This document shows, piece by piece, positions 1 through 12,818 of a stretch of 64,000 nt of DNA. The stretch's first letter is position 1. Every line of letters starts with the position of its first letter. The stretch is taken from the NCBI GenBank assembly GCA_951406725.2, contig OX597816.1:166036001-166100000 (forward strand), written 5' to 3'. Under the pieces are notes generated by a model. The model searched no databases, was not told the DNA's origin, and saw only the letters and a list, made by a program, of their open reading frames with translations. This DNA comes from Octopus vulgaris (Eukaryota). The position numbers were made by a program, and so were the translations under genes.

Positions 1-389
1 GGGAAGTAAATATTACCTTTTCGTATTAATACTGTTTCTGTCGCTATCAATTATTTACCATTCTTTTGCTTATTGTTTCAGGTGTTCTATATAAACACAA
101 GCAAGAACAGATACCCTAACGGACCTTCCACTCTTTGACTCAGTGGAGTGTTGAGTAGGGGGCAGCTGGGTGAAGAGAGAAGTCTACATCGGCTCTTAGG
201 TGGTATCCACTTGCAGTTAAGTAGACTGATGTGCTTTGCTCAGAAACATAACATGTCGCCCGGCCTAGGAATCGATCCCACTACTTTGTGATTTATGAAG
301 TCAGCATCCTAAATAATACAGAATTCATTCTGTCTTCTTAGATACATAACAAAAAAGAAGGATAAAGCTCCTTCCCGTGTCATTAAAAC

Positions 390-610
390 ACACAAGGCCA
401 GTTTCCCAATTTCTGTAGTGTAAATAATTCCCTTGGATGGGACACCTGTCTGTTGCCGGATCACTTATTTTTGCCAGCTGAGTGAACTGCGACAACGTGA
501 AATGAATGGTTTTGCTCAAGAACAAAACGCATTGCCCGGTCCTGAAATTGAGGCCACAATCTTACGATCATGAGCCCTACACGCGAACCACTAAACCATG
601 AGCCTCCACT
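390..610 (-). mobile_element. tRNA-derived SINE, family C (head 1 + tail 2)
   Basis: Reverse complement carries the core 'ttcttgagcaaaaccattcatttcacgttgtcgcagttcactcagctggcaaaaa' shared with 16300-16625 and 56790-57102; tRNA-like head at the 610 end. Confidence 0.75.
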
Positions 611-714
611 TAGGCATGGACAAAAGTTCATCGTCCAATATATCATAGATTCGGCTATTTTGTTTCATAATGCAAGTACACATGGGCAGTGTGTTGGCAT
701 TAAAAGAAAATGAC

Positions 715-985
715 ACTCCGTCGGTTGCGACGACGAGGGTAACTATTGATCCGATCAACCGAACAGTCTACTCGTGAAAATAAAATACAAGGTGGTTGAG
801 CACTCCACAGACACGCGTACCCTTAATGTAGTTCTCTGGGAGATTCGGTGTGACACAGAATGTGACAAGGCTGGCCTTTTGTAACAACTCATTTTTGGAA
901 GTTGAATGGACAGGAGCAACGCGAAATAAAGTGTCTGCACCACCATGAATCGAACTCACAACCTTATGATTGTGAGCCAAATACC
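715..985 (-). mobile_element. tRNA-derived SINE, family C (partly deleted head 1 + tail 1)
   Basis: Matches 16300-16625 in reverse ('gagcactccacagacacgcgtacccttaatgtagttctc', 'gtgacaaggctggcc'). Confidence 0.8.
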
Positions 986-1529
986 GTAACCACCACGCCA
1001 CTCGCCTTCACAAACGTTCGAACGTCGGAGGAAAAGCTTTATAGTATCACGTTACGCCTCGGATATACGTTTCAGGTTCGAATCCCACAGAGGGTAGCTA
1101 CATTGTTTTATCCATCCTGCGTGGATAAAACTTAGCGCCTATCAAACTTTAAGGGTAACGGCCTCATCAACTATAACCACCTTCACAATACGCAAGTATT
1201 TGTTAAAGTTACAAATCAATAACCAATAAGACACACGTAAGTAGATCGAAGAGAGAATTGACAGATGAGGTTACCAGATAAAGAAGAAAAGAAGGAAGGA
1301 AGAAACCCTACGTAGAATTCCTTCGACGATTCAGTTTTAATGTCTCTATTACAAACTTCTTCTTCTCGCTCTAATCCAGCTAGAAAAGATCTCCAATTTT
1401 ATGGCTTTCTTATCTAAAATATTAGAGTCGGATATTCCCAAACTAGATATTAATCTCGCTATTATATTTTCTTATTGCTGAAAATATTTTCTGTGATGCC
1501 ACTAAATCCCATAGATATACACCTATTTA

Positions 1530-1581
1530 TTTGTGTGTGTGTGTGTGTGTGTGTTTATGTATATATACAGATGTATATCAA

Positions 1582-1657
<76 letters not shown>

Positions 1658-1695
1658 TATAATACATATATATACATCTACATATATATATACTT

Positions 1696-1757
<62 letters not shown>

Positions 1758-1806
1758 TACATATATATATATACATATATATACATCTACACATATATAT
1801 ATACTT

Positions 1807-1858
<52 letters not shown>

Positions 1859-1929
1859 GTATATATATATATATATACGCGCATGTGCACGTACGTAAAC
1901 AAATGCTTACACATGCACACACGTACAGA

Positions 1930-1961
<32 letters not shown>

Positions 1962-1975
1962 TGTGCGCGCGTGCG
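1530..1975. repeat. Compound (TG)n/(TA)n microsatellite with internally duplicated interruption
   Basis: Direct reading; 'tacatctacatatatatatacttatacat' and a near-identical copy occur within the TA tract. Confidence 0.95.
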
Positions 1976-2039
1976 ACTCTGGTATTTTTTCACCATCGAT
2001 AACTTTTGCTATTATCGGAAAAACAGATCTAAATCGTCA

Positions 2040-2168
2040 GCATCACCACCACCACCACCACCATCATCATCATCCTCATCATCATCATCATCAACATCAT
2101 TATTATCATGATGTTGTTTTTGTTGTTGTTGTAACTGCATTTTCTTTTTTTTTTTTTTTTTTTTTTTT
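2040..2168. repeat. (CAC)n(CAT)n, (GTT)n and poly-T simple repeats
   Basis: Direct reading. Confidence 0.9.
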
Positions 2169-2449
2169 GGCACAGTATGTCATTGGAAATATATTTTATA
2201 ACGTTTAAACGAAATCTATAAACTTTGACTCCATGTTATTTTTTTTCTTTTTCTTTGTGCGGGCGTGTGTCGTGTTACATTTGTTGTCATAAACAAATAT
2301 AGAAATAGAAACTATGAATCAAATATAGAGAGAAAAAAACCCAGAGGTTCTCTACCTAGAATCTCTGAGATACACGATTTCCAGAATGTATGTTTGCATT
2401 GTATTTCGTTGTTTTGTAACATTTATTAGCAGACAACATTTACCGCATG

Positions 2450-2690
2450 TGTAAAAGCGCGTAGCCTAGTGATAAGGGGTGCTGGAAGGTCATGATTTCG
2501 GGTTTCTGAAGCGAGCGATGGGTTGTGCTCTTGAGCAAAAAACTTCATTTCATGTTGCTTAAGTTCACTCAGCTGCAAAGGAATAAACCTGCGAAGCACT
2601 GATGCCCCGTTCAGCGGGGAGTGTTGTGATCTTTGTGATTTATACGCCAGAGAAATCTAGTAACCGGTCGTATGAGACACAGGACTCGAG
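2450..2690 (+). mobile_element. Degenerate family C SINE (head 1 + tail 2)
   Basis: 'gtagcctagtgataagg' A-box-like start, 'ttgtgctcttgagcaaaaaacttcatttcatgttgcttaagttcactcagctg' core. Confidence 0.65.
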
Positions 2691-3059
2691 GCAGTAATGT
2701 CCAGGGGACTTTACTTTCAATATTTACCATGTGACTCTACTCACTTGCGCATACTCACATACTCATGCAGAGACACACTTTAAAGATGTCAGCCGTTCGT
2801 CGAATGAGGTTTACTCGAATGACAAACTTTATATTTCTTATACGCTTAACTCTGATTACATTCCATATAAAGTAACACCCAGCATGCAAAGAAACTGGTG
2901 ATGGTTGGTCACAACTGGTCAACAGGAGAATTGGATCAGTTAATATTCTTAGTGAAATGAAGTGGGATGACGTTTCGGTTGGAAACCCTTTATCTGATCG
3001 TAAGCAAGACATGTATATTAAACATTGAGAAAGAGTTACAAAATTCTTAATTTTTTATG

Positions 3060-3290
3060 GCAAATCAATTGATCAGTGTCCTAAGAATGACTGAAGGAGA
3101 TTGAAATAGAATGCCCAGTAGAGCTCCTACAGAAAGTTTGTCTCTTAGGGACAGCAAGGATTTATCAGGAGGGTTCTAAGCACTTGAAAGACTACTAAAA
3201 ACTTATGGATACCTATGGTTATAGGTAGTAACCTGCTACCCACATAAACCCTACCAGGAATAAGACCGAACCTGAGCCAAACCAAAATAA
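3060..3290 (+). mobile_element. 3' fragment of R4/Dong-type (RLE) LINE
   Basis: Encodes LQKVCLLGTAR, the typical RLE-LINE C-terminus; closely similar to 33033-33230 in reverse. Confidence 0.8.
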
Positions 3291-3579
3291 ACATTAATAA
3301 TTTTCTTTCTATCATAGGCACAAGGCCTGAAATCGACTGGTCCCAGTGGGATTTAAAATGAGAACATAATAAGCACCACAAGGTATTTTTTAATGGTAAG
3401 AGATGGGATCAGTCGGATGCATCGACCCCGTATCTGACTGATACATTATTTTATTAACCGTGTCCGGAAAATTCGTCGTAAGAAATTTCGCCGTATAGGA
3501 ATATTCTCCGTATGGACAATTATAAAGCGAATTATATCAGCAGTTTTTAAAATAAAGAGAAAAGAGTAATGAAATGTCC

Positions 3580-4210
3580 ATTATTTACATTATTTACATT
3601 TGACAGATATTTGTCTTCATCTTGTTTGAGGATTTTTGTCCTCATCTTCTTTGTTGTTAACACAACGTTTCGGTTGATGTACCCTCCAGCCTTCATCAGG
3701 TGTCTTCGGGAAATTTCGAACCTGGGTTCTAATTCCTAAAGTATTTTTCGACCACCTCCCCCCGTGGGATGAAGTTAAAATAATAGACAGTGAACACCAC
3801 TGGAAAATATGAAAACTAAAAGAAGCAGCACATATGCTAGGACACAACAACCTCCTAAGCAGACCGAGTGCAGATATGAATAGCGTATGGGAACCGGTAT
3901 TAAGGAAGGATAGAAAAATATTAGATTTATAAGCCCTAAAATTCACTCCATAATTGTCCACGAGCATATGGCATAGAGGTTAAGAGCGCGGGCTACTAAC
4001 ACCAAGATTCCGAGTTCGATAACCTGAATAATAATAACATCGAAAAATACCTTAGGAATGAGAACCCAGGTTCGAAATTTCCCCAAGACATCTGATGAAA
4101 GCTGGAGGGTATATCAGCCAAAACGTTGTGTTAACAACAAACAAAATGAGGACAAATATCCGTCAAATGTAAAAAATGCACATAATTCCTCATCTCTTAA
4201 ATATAGAACT
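3580..4210 (+). mobile_element. Penelope-like element remnant with inverted terminal arms
   Basis: Arms 3580-3751 and 4040-4178 are reverse complements; interior 3780-3930 reads IIDSEHHWKI*KLKEAAHMLGHNNLLSRPSADMNSVWEPVL, resembling the C-terminus of a Penelope GIY-YIG ORF. Confidence 0.75.
3659..3704 (-). ncRNA. Minimal type I hammerhead ribozyme motif (intact core)
   Basis: Reverse complement GACAC-CTGATGA-A-GGCTGG.AGGGTACA.TCAACC-GAAAC-GTT-GTGTT: stem I GACAC/GTGTT, CUGAUGA and GAAA cores, stem II with one mismatch, palindromic ACGU stem III. Confidence 0.65.
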
Positions 4211-4928
4211 GTGTGACGAAAGGTTTTATATAAGCATTAGATAGGTAAGTCTCTATTCAACGTCAAACATTTATCAAACGTGATGAGGTCATTTAAAACG
4301 AAATTTCAATAACCGATATTGATAACTAAAAGACAGTAGCAGTGTCAACCATGGTGAGATTTGAACTTAAATACGGCAAAATATTCCCCACCATCCATCG
4401 ACACTCTAATGATTCTGTTGATATTCTAATGATTCTAATGATATTGTTGTGGTTGAGAAAATAGAAATGTTGCATTATCGATATAGCCATTTCAAATGAT
4501 TGTAATAAAGTTATCAAGAGGAACAAAAAACAGAGTAAAATTGTGCCAATGGTGATTGATGCTCTTGGCTAAATTCCTAACAAGTTAACAATATCGGTTA
4601 AGGAACTAAATATAACACGGAACCTTGTGGCTTACAGAAATCAACGCAAGAAGAAGAAGAAGAATGGCGCCAAGCAGGAAGTATTGTAAACAAAAACCAG
4701 ATGTCGTATATTCCGACCAAAAATTCTTGAGGGACAGATTCTCTAAATCAAAGTGATATAAAATTCTGAATATAAAATTTAAATCACGGAATTGGAGCTA
4801 ATAATCGATTGATTGATTTGTTATTGTCCTTCGCCACAAAAATGAAGTATTTTCAATGATTTCTCACGTGACTGGTATTTACGTTTTATGACCGATGTTT
4901 ATACGTATTGATATATATGTGTGAGTAA

Positions 4929-5540
4929 GGCGGCGAGCTGGCAGAAACGTTAGCACGCCGGGCGAAATACTTAGCGGTATTTCGGCTATCTTTACGTTCT
5001 GAGTTCAAATTCCACCGAGGTCGACTTTGTCTTTTATCCTTTCGGGGTCGATAAATTAAGTACCAGTTACGCACTGGGTCGATGTAATCGACTTAATACC
5101 TATGTCTGTCTTTGTTTGTCCCCTCTGTGTTTAGCCCCTTGTGGGTAATAAAGAAATAGGTATTTCGGCTATCTTTACGTTCTGAGTACAAATTCCACCG
5201 AGGTCGACTTTGTCTTTTATCCTTTCGGGGTCGATAAATTAAGTACCAGTTGCTTACTGGGGCCGATCTAATCGACTGGCTCCCCTCGCCAAAAATTTCG
5301 GGCCTTATGCCTAGAGTAGAAAAGGATATATATATATACATATATATATATGTGTGTGTTTGTGAGTTTCGCCCGTCGCTACGTTGAGTTCAAATTCCGC
5401 CGGGGGCCGACTTTGCCTTTTATCCTTTCAGGGTCGATAAATTAAGTACCAGTTACGCACTGGTGCGTAACTGGTACTTAATCGACTGTTCCCCTCCCCA
5501 CCAAAATTTCAGGCTTTGTGTCTATTGTAGAAAGGATATA
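4929..5540 (+). mobile_element. Family A tRNA-derived SINE, dimer plus adjacent partial copy
   Basis: Head 'ggcggcgagctggcagaaacgttagcacgccgggcgaaa', B-box 'gagttcaaattcc', central 'cctttcggggtcgataaattaagtaccag' (resembles the Meta/MESC-type SINE core); ~180-bp internal unit duplicated. Confidence 0.9.
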
Positions 5541-6020
5541 TATGTGTGAGTATGTCCTTGTTTTCGTGTTGTTTAACTATTATGTGAATGTCTACGAGCT
5601 CTGTTGAGGTATGGGTGGGGAAAAGGTGGTAGTGGTTGTCGTTGAGGTGGTGGTTGTGGTGGCGGTACTGAGGTTATGTCTGTGTGCATTTGTGTGTATA
5701 TGCGTGTGTGTGTGTGTGCGTGCGTGTGTGTGTCTCTGTGTGTGCCTGTGTCTGTGTGTGTGTAACTGAGATGCGTGGCCTAACGGTGCACTCATCATTG
5801 TAAAAGCGTAGTATGGATTCCCAGAGCGGTGAAGCAGTGTGCTTTTCACCGAAACACTTCATTTCATGTTGCTCTCGTTCCGTCTTACAAGACTAACAGT
5901 GAGATGGAAAATAAAGTTAATTTTCGAAAAGTTCTCTCCTACTTTATTTAATTACATTTTAATTAATTTGATTAGATCCTCACTATGACACCATGAACAG
6001 TTTGAAATTATATTTCTGAT

Positions 6021-6190
6021 CAGGTCTGGCTGTGTGGTAAGAAGCTTGTTTCCCAACCACATGGTTCTGGGTTTAGTCCCACTGCGTGGCACCTTGGGCA
6101 AATGTCCTCCACTATAGCCTAGGGCCGACTAAAGACTTGTGGCTGGTTTTGGTAGGCGGAAATAGAAAGAAGCCTGTCGTATATATATGT
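6021..6190 (+). mobile_element. Family B tRNA-derived SINE (CORE-like)
   Basis: 'tggctgtgtggtaagaagctt...gtggcaccttgggcaaatgtcctccactatagcct' resembles the CORE domain; nine or more copies in the window. Confidence 0.85.
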
Positions 6191-6330
6191 AGTAGTTGAA
6201 ATTTACAGAAAAACAAAAGACGAAGGCAGGTGTATGGAGAATAAGAAGGTGTATTAGTTTGACGCTCGGGAAAGTGAGAAAGTATTTTACGTTTCGAGCA
6301 TATGCTCTTCAACAGAGAGGAATCAGAGAA
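6190..6330 (-). mobile_element. Penelope-type terminal-repeat fragment with decayed hammerhead
   Basis: Related in reverse to 7855-8050; reverse complement 'ctgttga-agagc-atat-gctc-gaaacgta'. Confidence 0.5.
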
Positions 6331-6577
6331 TATAAACCACTTCGAATATTAAGTTTAAAGTGATTCCTTTTGTGCCGTAAACCATTTACCATATCTGCGG
6401 CGCCTCCACTTCCCTTGATGTCCAAAGCACGTGCTTGGTTTGCTTAATAGTTAATCCAGCACCAGTGGGGGATACCTGCTCCACATGTAACACGGTAGGA
6501 TCGAACCTGAGAACTTATGTTTGCGATCTTTTAAATCCCTTGAACATCTTGATGTATGCTGCGAATGATAAATAAAA

Positions 6578-6745
6578 CAGGCATGGCTATGTGGTAATGA
6601 AGCTTGCTACCCAACCATTTGGTCTTAGGCTCAGTCCCGCTGCGTGGTACCTTGGGGAAGTGTCTTCTACTATAGCCCAGGGCCGATCAATGTCTTGTGA
6701 GTTAATCTAGTAGGCGGAAACTGAAACAAGCCTGTCGTATATAAG
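6578..6745 (+). mobile_element. Family B SINE
   Basis: Colinear with 6021-6190. Confidence 0.85.
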
Positions 6746-7085
6746 TATATATATACATACATACGTTCATATATGTACATACATAATTATAATCAGGGTT
6801 CAGCTACCTGCTTCACCACATACCGAAATTAGAAATAGGAGTTAAAAATTCCTTTTCTGCTACATTCTAGCAGATAATTTGTGGATAATTTTACCTATAA
6901 AGGTAATTTTAACGTACCGATCTACTTGGTAAAATTGTTAATTAATTAATTAATTAATTAAATAGTTTTTGCCCTTCTATTATTAACTATATATATACAT
7001 ATATATATATACTATATATATACAAAATGGCGGTGCCCCAGCATGGCCACAGCTCATGAGCTGAAACTAGAATCAATCAATCAAT

Positions 7086-7125
<40 letters not shown>

Positions 7126-7854
7126 ACGCAGGATAATGTTTTGATATAGCATGAACAGGATAAACTATCCACATTTTGCAGAAAAATTTATCGGCGGCCA
7201 CCCATGAGACTCGAACTCACATCCCTGTGATTAGGCGTCTGGGAACTGAAAGGCAAAAACATTAATTACAGATTAGCATGGCGTATCGTAGCCAAAATAT
7301 TTTCATATAACCTTAATAATAATCGCTATAATTTATGCATAAATAAGAAATTCTTCATTTTAATGGCCAAATCAGAATTGCTTAATAAACGAGACGAGGA
7401 AAATAAAGCATGTTTGCATAAAAATAAATTCTTATTCTCTAAATACCGCTAATACCTACATTACAGGTTACTAGCTGACCTGCCTAATATCTTATTATCC
7501 CTAACCATCCCACTCACCACAGAGCATAATTTAACATCACATCACAATTTTAAATTAAATTACCCCGATTAACCGAACTACCTATTTAAAATTCTACGTT
7601 GTACACCAGGGCATATAATCCACTATAATATATTCACTTTAATGTTAGATTGCCAACTCACATAACACGTTATATTTTTATTGATTTTTATTTATTTACT
7701 CTTTACCTTTTTTATTATTCCTTTACGTAGCCCTAGCCACTACACACATTTTTTCTCTCCTTGTTTCTCTTCTTTACATTTATCCCTTAGACGGTTGCAT
7801 AACCTCTAACTCATATTTTTCTTACATATATATAAATATGTGTGTGTGTGACCG

Positions 7855-8660
<806 letters not shown>

Positions 8661-8878
8661 TTCAATTTTGACTGCCATGTACTTCGCCTGGTTATCATCT
8701 TGATTATGTAGTTAAAACTACATAATCAAGATAGATTCTCATCTTCTATAATTTGGTATTCTGACTTTTGCCTTAAGTAAAGAACTGCATAATTATTTTA
8801 ACGCATCTTATGAAGGCAGTATCTGTGTTAGTAATCGTCAAATTGGTTTCTAATAATTTTATTAATTTTGATGAAAAA

Positions 8879-9255
8879 GATTTTGAACGTTTGTTGTCGC
8901 ACACAGCACTCCGATAATTTCAAAGGGAATCTGCTTGAAAGTTTCTATTCCGTTTTTAAAACAGTTGTTGAATTTTCGCAAAACTCTAATTCTGTTCTTT
9001 ATCACAAAGTTCAGTGAAGTTAATTTCCTACTGCAAGGTAAAGAGATTAAACCCTATATAAGGAAAATTAATTCTCTCCTCGTTTCTATTCAAGTTAAAG
9101 TTATTCAAATGTAACATTAAGCTGCAGTTAGTTTTTCCTGTCTCCGAGCCTTTCTGAATTGAAGAAAGAAAAGCGTATACCAGAAGATGACATTCAACAG
9201 TATTTTTCACATCTGGATGAGCTGCACAGAACCATGTCTGATAGCTTTCAAGGTA
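8879..9255 (+). pseudogene. Decayed hAT (Charlie/Buster, ZBED8/SCAND3-like) transposase fragment
   Basis: Translated pieces DFERLLSHTALR* (cf. LLxHTEVRWLS) and DDIQQYFSHLDELHRTMSDSFQ; stops and frameshifts. Confidence 0.7.
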
Positions 9256-9394
9256 TTAGTTTTTGCTTAAAATATCAGAGTGGGTGATCCTAAGATATTA
9301 GTAATGAGGACACAAGAGAAGTGGAGGAAGAACTGGTTTTCTCTTTGAAATGTCATTGAGCTGAGCCAAATGTCAAAAGATAGTGTCAGGATTT

Positions 9395-9782
9395 CTTTCT
9401 GTTATAGGTACAAAACCTAAAATTTAATGGGAGCGTGATAGTCGACTACATAAACCCCAACATTTTGCTACTACTCTGTTTTACCGACCCCGAAGGAAAA
9501 GCCGACCTCAAGAATTGAACTCAAAGCGTAAGTCCGAAAAAATGACGCTAAGTGTTTTGTCTGGCGTTCACGCGATTCTACTATAGGCAAAACGCCTGAA
9601 ATTTGGGAGAGGGGATTAGTCGATTATATCCACCCCCAGTACTTAACAGATACTTATTTCATCGACCCCGAGAGAAAAAAAGTCAAAGTCGACCGCGGTG
9701 GAATTTGAACTCAGAACGTAATGATATACGACATGCCACAAAACGTTTTGCCTGGCATACTCACGATTCTGCCAAATCACTT
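9395..9782 (-). mobile_element. Two degenerate family A SINEs
   Basis: 'aaagtcgaccgcggtggaatttgaactcagaacgta' and 'ttctgttataggtacaaaacctaaaattt' are the reverse of the family A body and tail. Confidence 0.75.
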
Positions 9783-10096
9783 CTTACGATTCCCTAGCAA
9801 TAATAGCAATTACACAACAGCCTTAATCCTGGGAGATTATTTTTATTCATATAAAAATGTATTGAAAATCATTCAATGTAAATAGAATGAATCATAATCG
9901 ATTGAACTCCAACTGTGTGAAGTAGCAAAACTCTTGTCGTTTAACATAACATCTAAAACAAATATTGGCCACGATATCTGATCAGATCAATAAAAAAGTA
10001 TTATACTTGTACAGCATTGATTGAACTAAATGCAACTTGAATACTAATGTTTCTGAGCTGCAGTTTTCTGTCTCTTATTATTATTTTTTTTTCGAA

Positions 10097-10502
10097 CAGG
10101 CGCTGGCTTGACTGTGTAATAAGAAGCTTGCTTCCTGAGTACATACTTCTGAGTTCAGTCCCATAGCGTGACACCTTGGGCGAGTGTCTTTTACTATAGC
10201 ATCAGGCCGACCAGAGCCTTGTGAATGAATTTGATTGACGGAAACTGAAAAAGCCCAACTAGGGACAGCTGATGAAGGGGATTTTTCCTTGTGTAGTTTG
10301 TCTTGTACTCTGTTTTTCTGTTGTAAAAAAATGGTCTGTTCCATGCTTGTTTTTCCGTTTTCGTTTCTCGTTGAGTTCTACGTCTATTTGTGGTGTCCTG
10401 TACTCACGTATATATATTTATATATGCATGTATATATACATGTAGATGTAGGTACGTACATATATGTATGTATGTATGCATATATTTTATTTATTACACT
10501 AT

Positions 10503-10547
<45 letters not shown>

Positions 10548-10770
10548 GTATATATACATATATGTGTGTGTGTGTGTATGTGTGTATCCGTCTTTTGTCA
10601 ACGTTAGTTCCCCCAGCACTTGACGACCGGTGTTGGTATGTTTACCTCTCCATAACTTAGCTGTTCGGCAAAGGATACTGACAGAATAAATATCAAGCTT
10701 AAAAGAATATAAAAACTTGAATCGATTAATTCGACTAAACATTTCTCAAGGTAGTGCTCCAGCATGGTCG
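10097..10770 (+). mobile_element. Bipartite family B SINE (head, microsatellite, 3' module D) interrupted by another repeat
   Basis: Head 10097-10260; 3' module 'gcacttgacgaccggtgttggtatgtttac...ggtagtgctccagcatggtcgca' at 10590-10770. Confidence 0.75.
10260..10480 (+). mobile_element. Dispersed repeat (probable Penelope-type terminal repeat), inverse copy at 39575-39775
   Basis: 'gacagctgatgaaggggatttttccttgtgtag...gtcctgtactcacg...catgtagatgtaggtacgtacat' matches the reverse complement of 39575-39775. Confidence 0.7.
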
Positions 10771-10797
10771 CAATCTTATGTATGTGTGTGTATACAC

Positions 10798-10897
<100 letters not shown>

Positions 10898-11182
10898 GTG
10901 GTGCTCCAGCATGGCCACAGTCACATGGCTGAAACAAGTAAAAAGTAAAAAGTAAAAGTATATATATATATATATATATATTGTCCTTCAAGCTGCAGCT
11001 CAAGATTTTCTCCGGCTTGAAAGACTCTAATATTCTTTTTAAGTCGTTAATCTTCTTTATTCTTTGCCCGATAAATCCGCCATATTAAACTGTCGTTGTT
11101 CAGCTTATCTCACCCATTAACCAATATGAATCTATATATTTCTCACAAGTGCTTTTCTTCCAGGGTTGTGTGCAAAATATGG

Positions 11183-11220
<38 letters not shown>

Positions 11221-11375
11221 GTTGCTTGTATTTCTGAAATAATAACTAGGATTTCGGTTCTTACACTGGCACAGAATAAAATGTTAGGAGATAAAGATGG
11301 AAGAGTACAGTCGCTGCTAACCAGCCCCAATACTTAACTGGTCTTTATTATATAGTTATTTGAGCCCAGTAAGTA

Positions 11376-11556
11376 AAGAAGAAGAAGAAGAAGAAGAAGA
11401 AGAAGAAGAAGAAGAAGAAGAAGAAGAAGAAGAAGAAGAAGAAGAAGAAGAAGAAGAAGAAGAAGAAGAAGAAGAAGAAGAAGAAGAAGAAGAAGAAGAA
11501 GAAGAAGAAGAAGAAGAAGAAGAAGAAGAAGAAGAAGAAGAAGAAGAAGAAGAAGA
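11376..11556. repeat. Pure (GAA)n microsatellite, about 60 units
   Basis: Direct reading. Confidence 0.98.
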
Positions 11557-11688
11557 CAATTCCTGTCATAGTGGGAGCATTATATATGATAAAAAAAATA
11601 TTCAGACAAATACATAAAAACACCAGGCCTTACGAGTATATATATAACATACAGAAAATAGCACTACTAGACACCGCTCACGTCCTAC

Positions 11689-11690
<2 letters not shown>
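11557..11690 (+). mobile_element. RLE-LINE 3' fragment
   Basis: IPVIVGALYMIKK...IQKIALLDTAHVLR. Confidence 0.75.
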
Positions 11691-11739
<49 letters not shown>

Positions 11740-11889
11740 AAAAAGGAGATGTGGAACACGAGTTGTGATATATAAAAAAGGAAATGAAGAAAATGCTGAC
11801 AAAATAATTTAAGTAATTTAAGTAATTTAATTAGGTGAAGTTCTTTTTACCGGTTGCGCATTTGTTATGCTTATCAAAAGTTTTTTTTT

Positions 11890-11935
<46 letters not shown>

Positions 11936-11938
<3 letters not shown>

Positions 11939-12100
11939 GACGGGCTTCTTTCGGTTTCCGTCTACCAAATCCACTCACAAGGGTTCGGTCGGCCCGAAGC
12001 TATAGTAGAAGACACTTGCTCAAGGTGCCACGCACTGGGAATGAACCCGGAACCATGTGGTTGGTATGCAAACTATTTACCACACAGCCACTCCTGCTCC
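11936..12100 (-). mobile_element. Family B SINE
   Basis: 'tacgacgggcttctttcggtttccgtctaccaaatccactcacaagg...cacacagccactcctgc'. Confidence 0.85.
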
Positions 12101-12304
12101 TATAATAATTGTTTAACAACAGAATCTTACATGGACTCTCAAGGGCCATATGGATCCCCGAGAGGCCCTGCGAACCCCGGTTGAGAACCGCTACTTTACA
12201 GATTAGCTAATCACAACCGCATATGCGTGATTGTTATTGATACAGCATGGCACCGACTGTTATTTAAAACAGTCAAGTTTTTAACATCTGTTGCCATTGA
12301 AGTA

Positions 12305-12818
12305 CCGTAAATCCTCGAGTATAATCCGCATTTTCCCCCAAAATTTAAAGGTCAAAATCCCTAGTGCGTACTGTATACGAGGTTAAAAATGAAAATTATT
12401 TTCTAAGCAATGTCCGAGTGTCTATTTGCTGTCCTGCAATGTTTATTCAGACGCATTTTGTGATGTCGGGCGTGAAAATACCTTAAGCTAAGCCTGAAAG
12501 CAATGAAGTCTTTAAAGAATCATCCATAACTTGCAGTAAGTAACATTTATCAAACATTATTACTGCTATTACTGTTATTTTTTTATTTTCTGCAAACAAA
12601 ATGCGCAAAAAAGCTACACGTTTGCATTATGTTATATGTACAATAATAATAAAGGACGTTACCGTATACAGTTTTACAAACCAAGGACGTTATATAGACC
12701 TCCTTGACTCACGTTAGAGTACGTATTATACACAAGGTTTAGGTTTTTCAGAGGTACAGCCCCCTAAAAATCCCCTGCGTATTATACTCAAGGGCGGACT
12801 ATACTCGAGGATTTACGG
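12305..12818. mobile_element. Tc1/mariner-superfamily (pogo/Tc2-like) MITE
   Basis: 25-bp TIR ccgtaaatcctcgagtata(a/g)tccgc with one mismatch, TA on both flanks (12303-12304, 12819-12820), no ORF. Confidence 0.9.

Noticed and set aside
1475-2208. Long ORFs rich in YI/CV/HT (also near 8 kb, 10.5 kb, 21.4 kb, 60.6-61.2 kb)
   Set aside because: They are translations of stop-free (TA)n, (TG)n and (TATG)n microsatellites.
7193-7245. tRNA gene on the minus strand (gtgagttcgagtctcat T-arm)
   Set aside because: Only a 3' half is recognisable, with no D-arm or acceptor 5' strand; it is a fragment at best.
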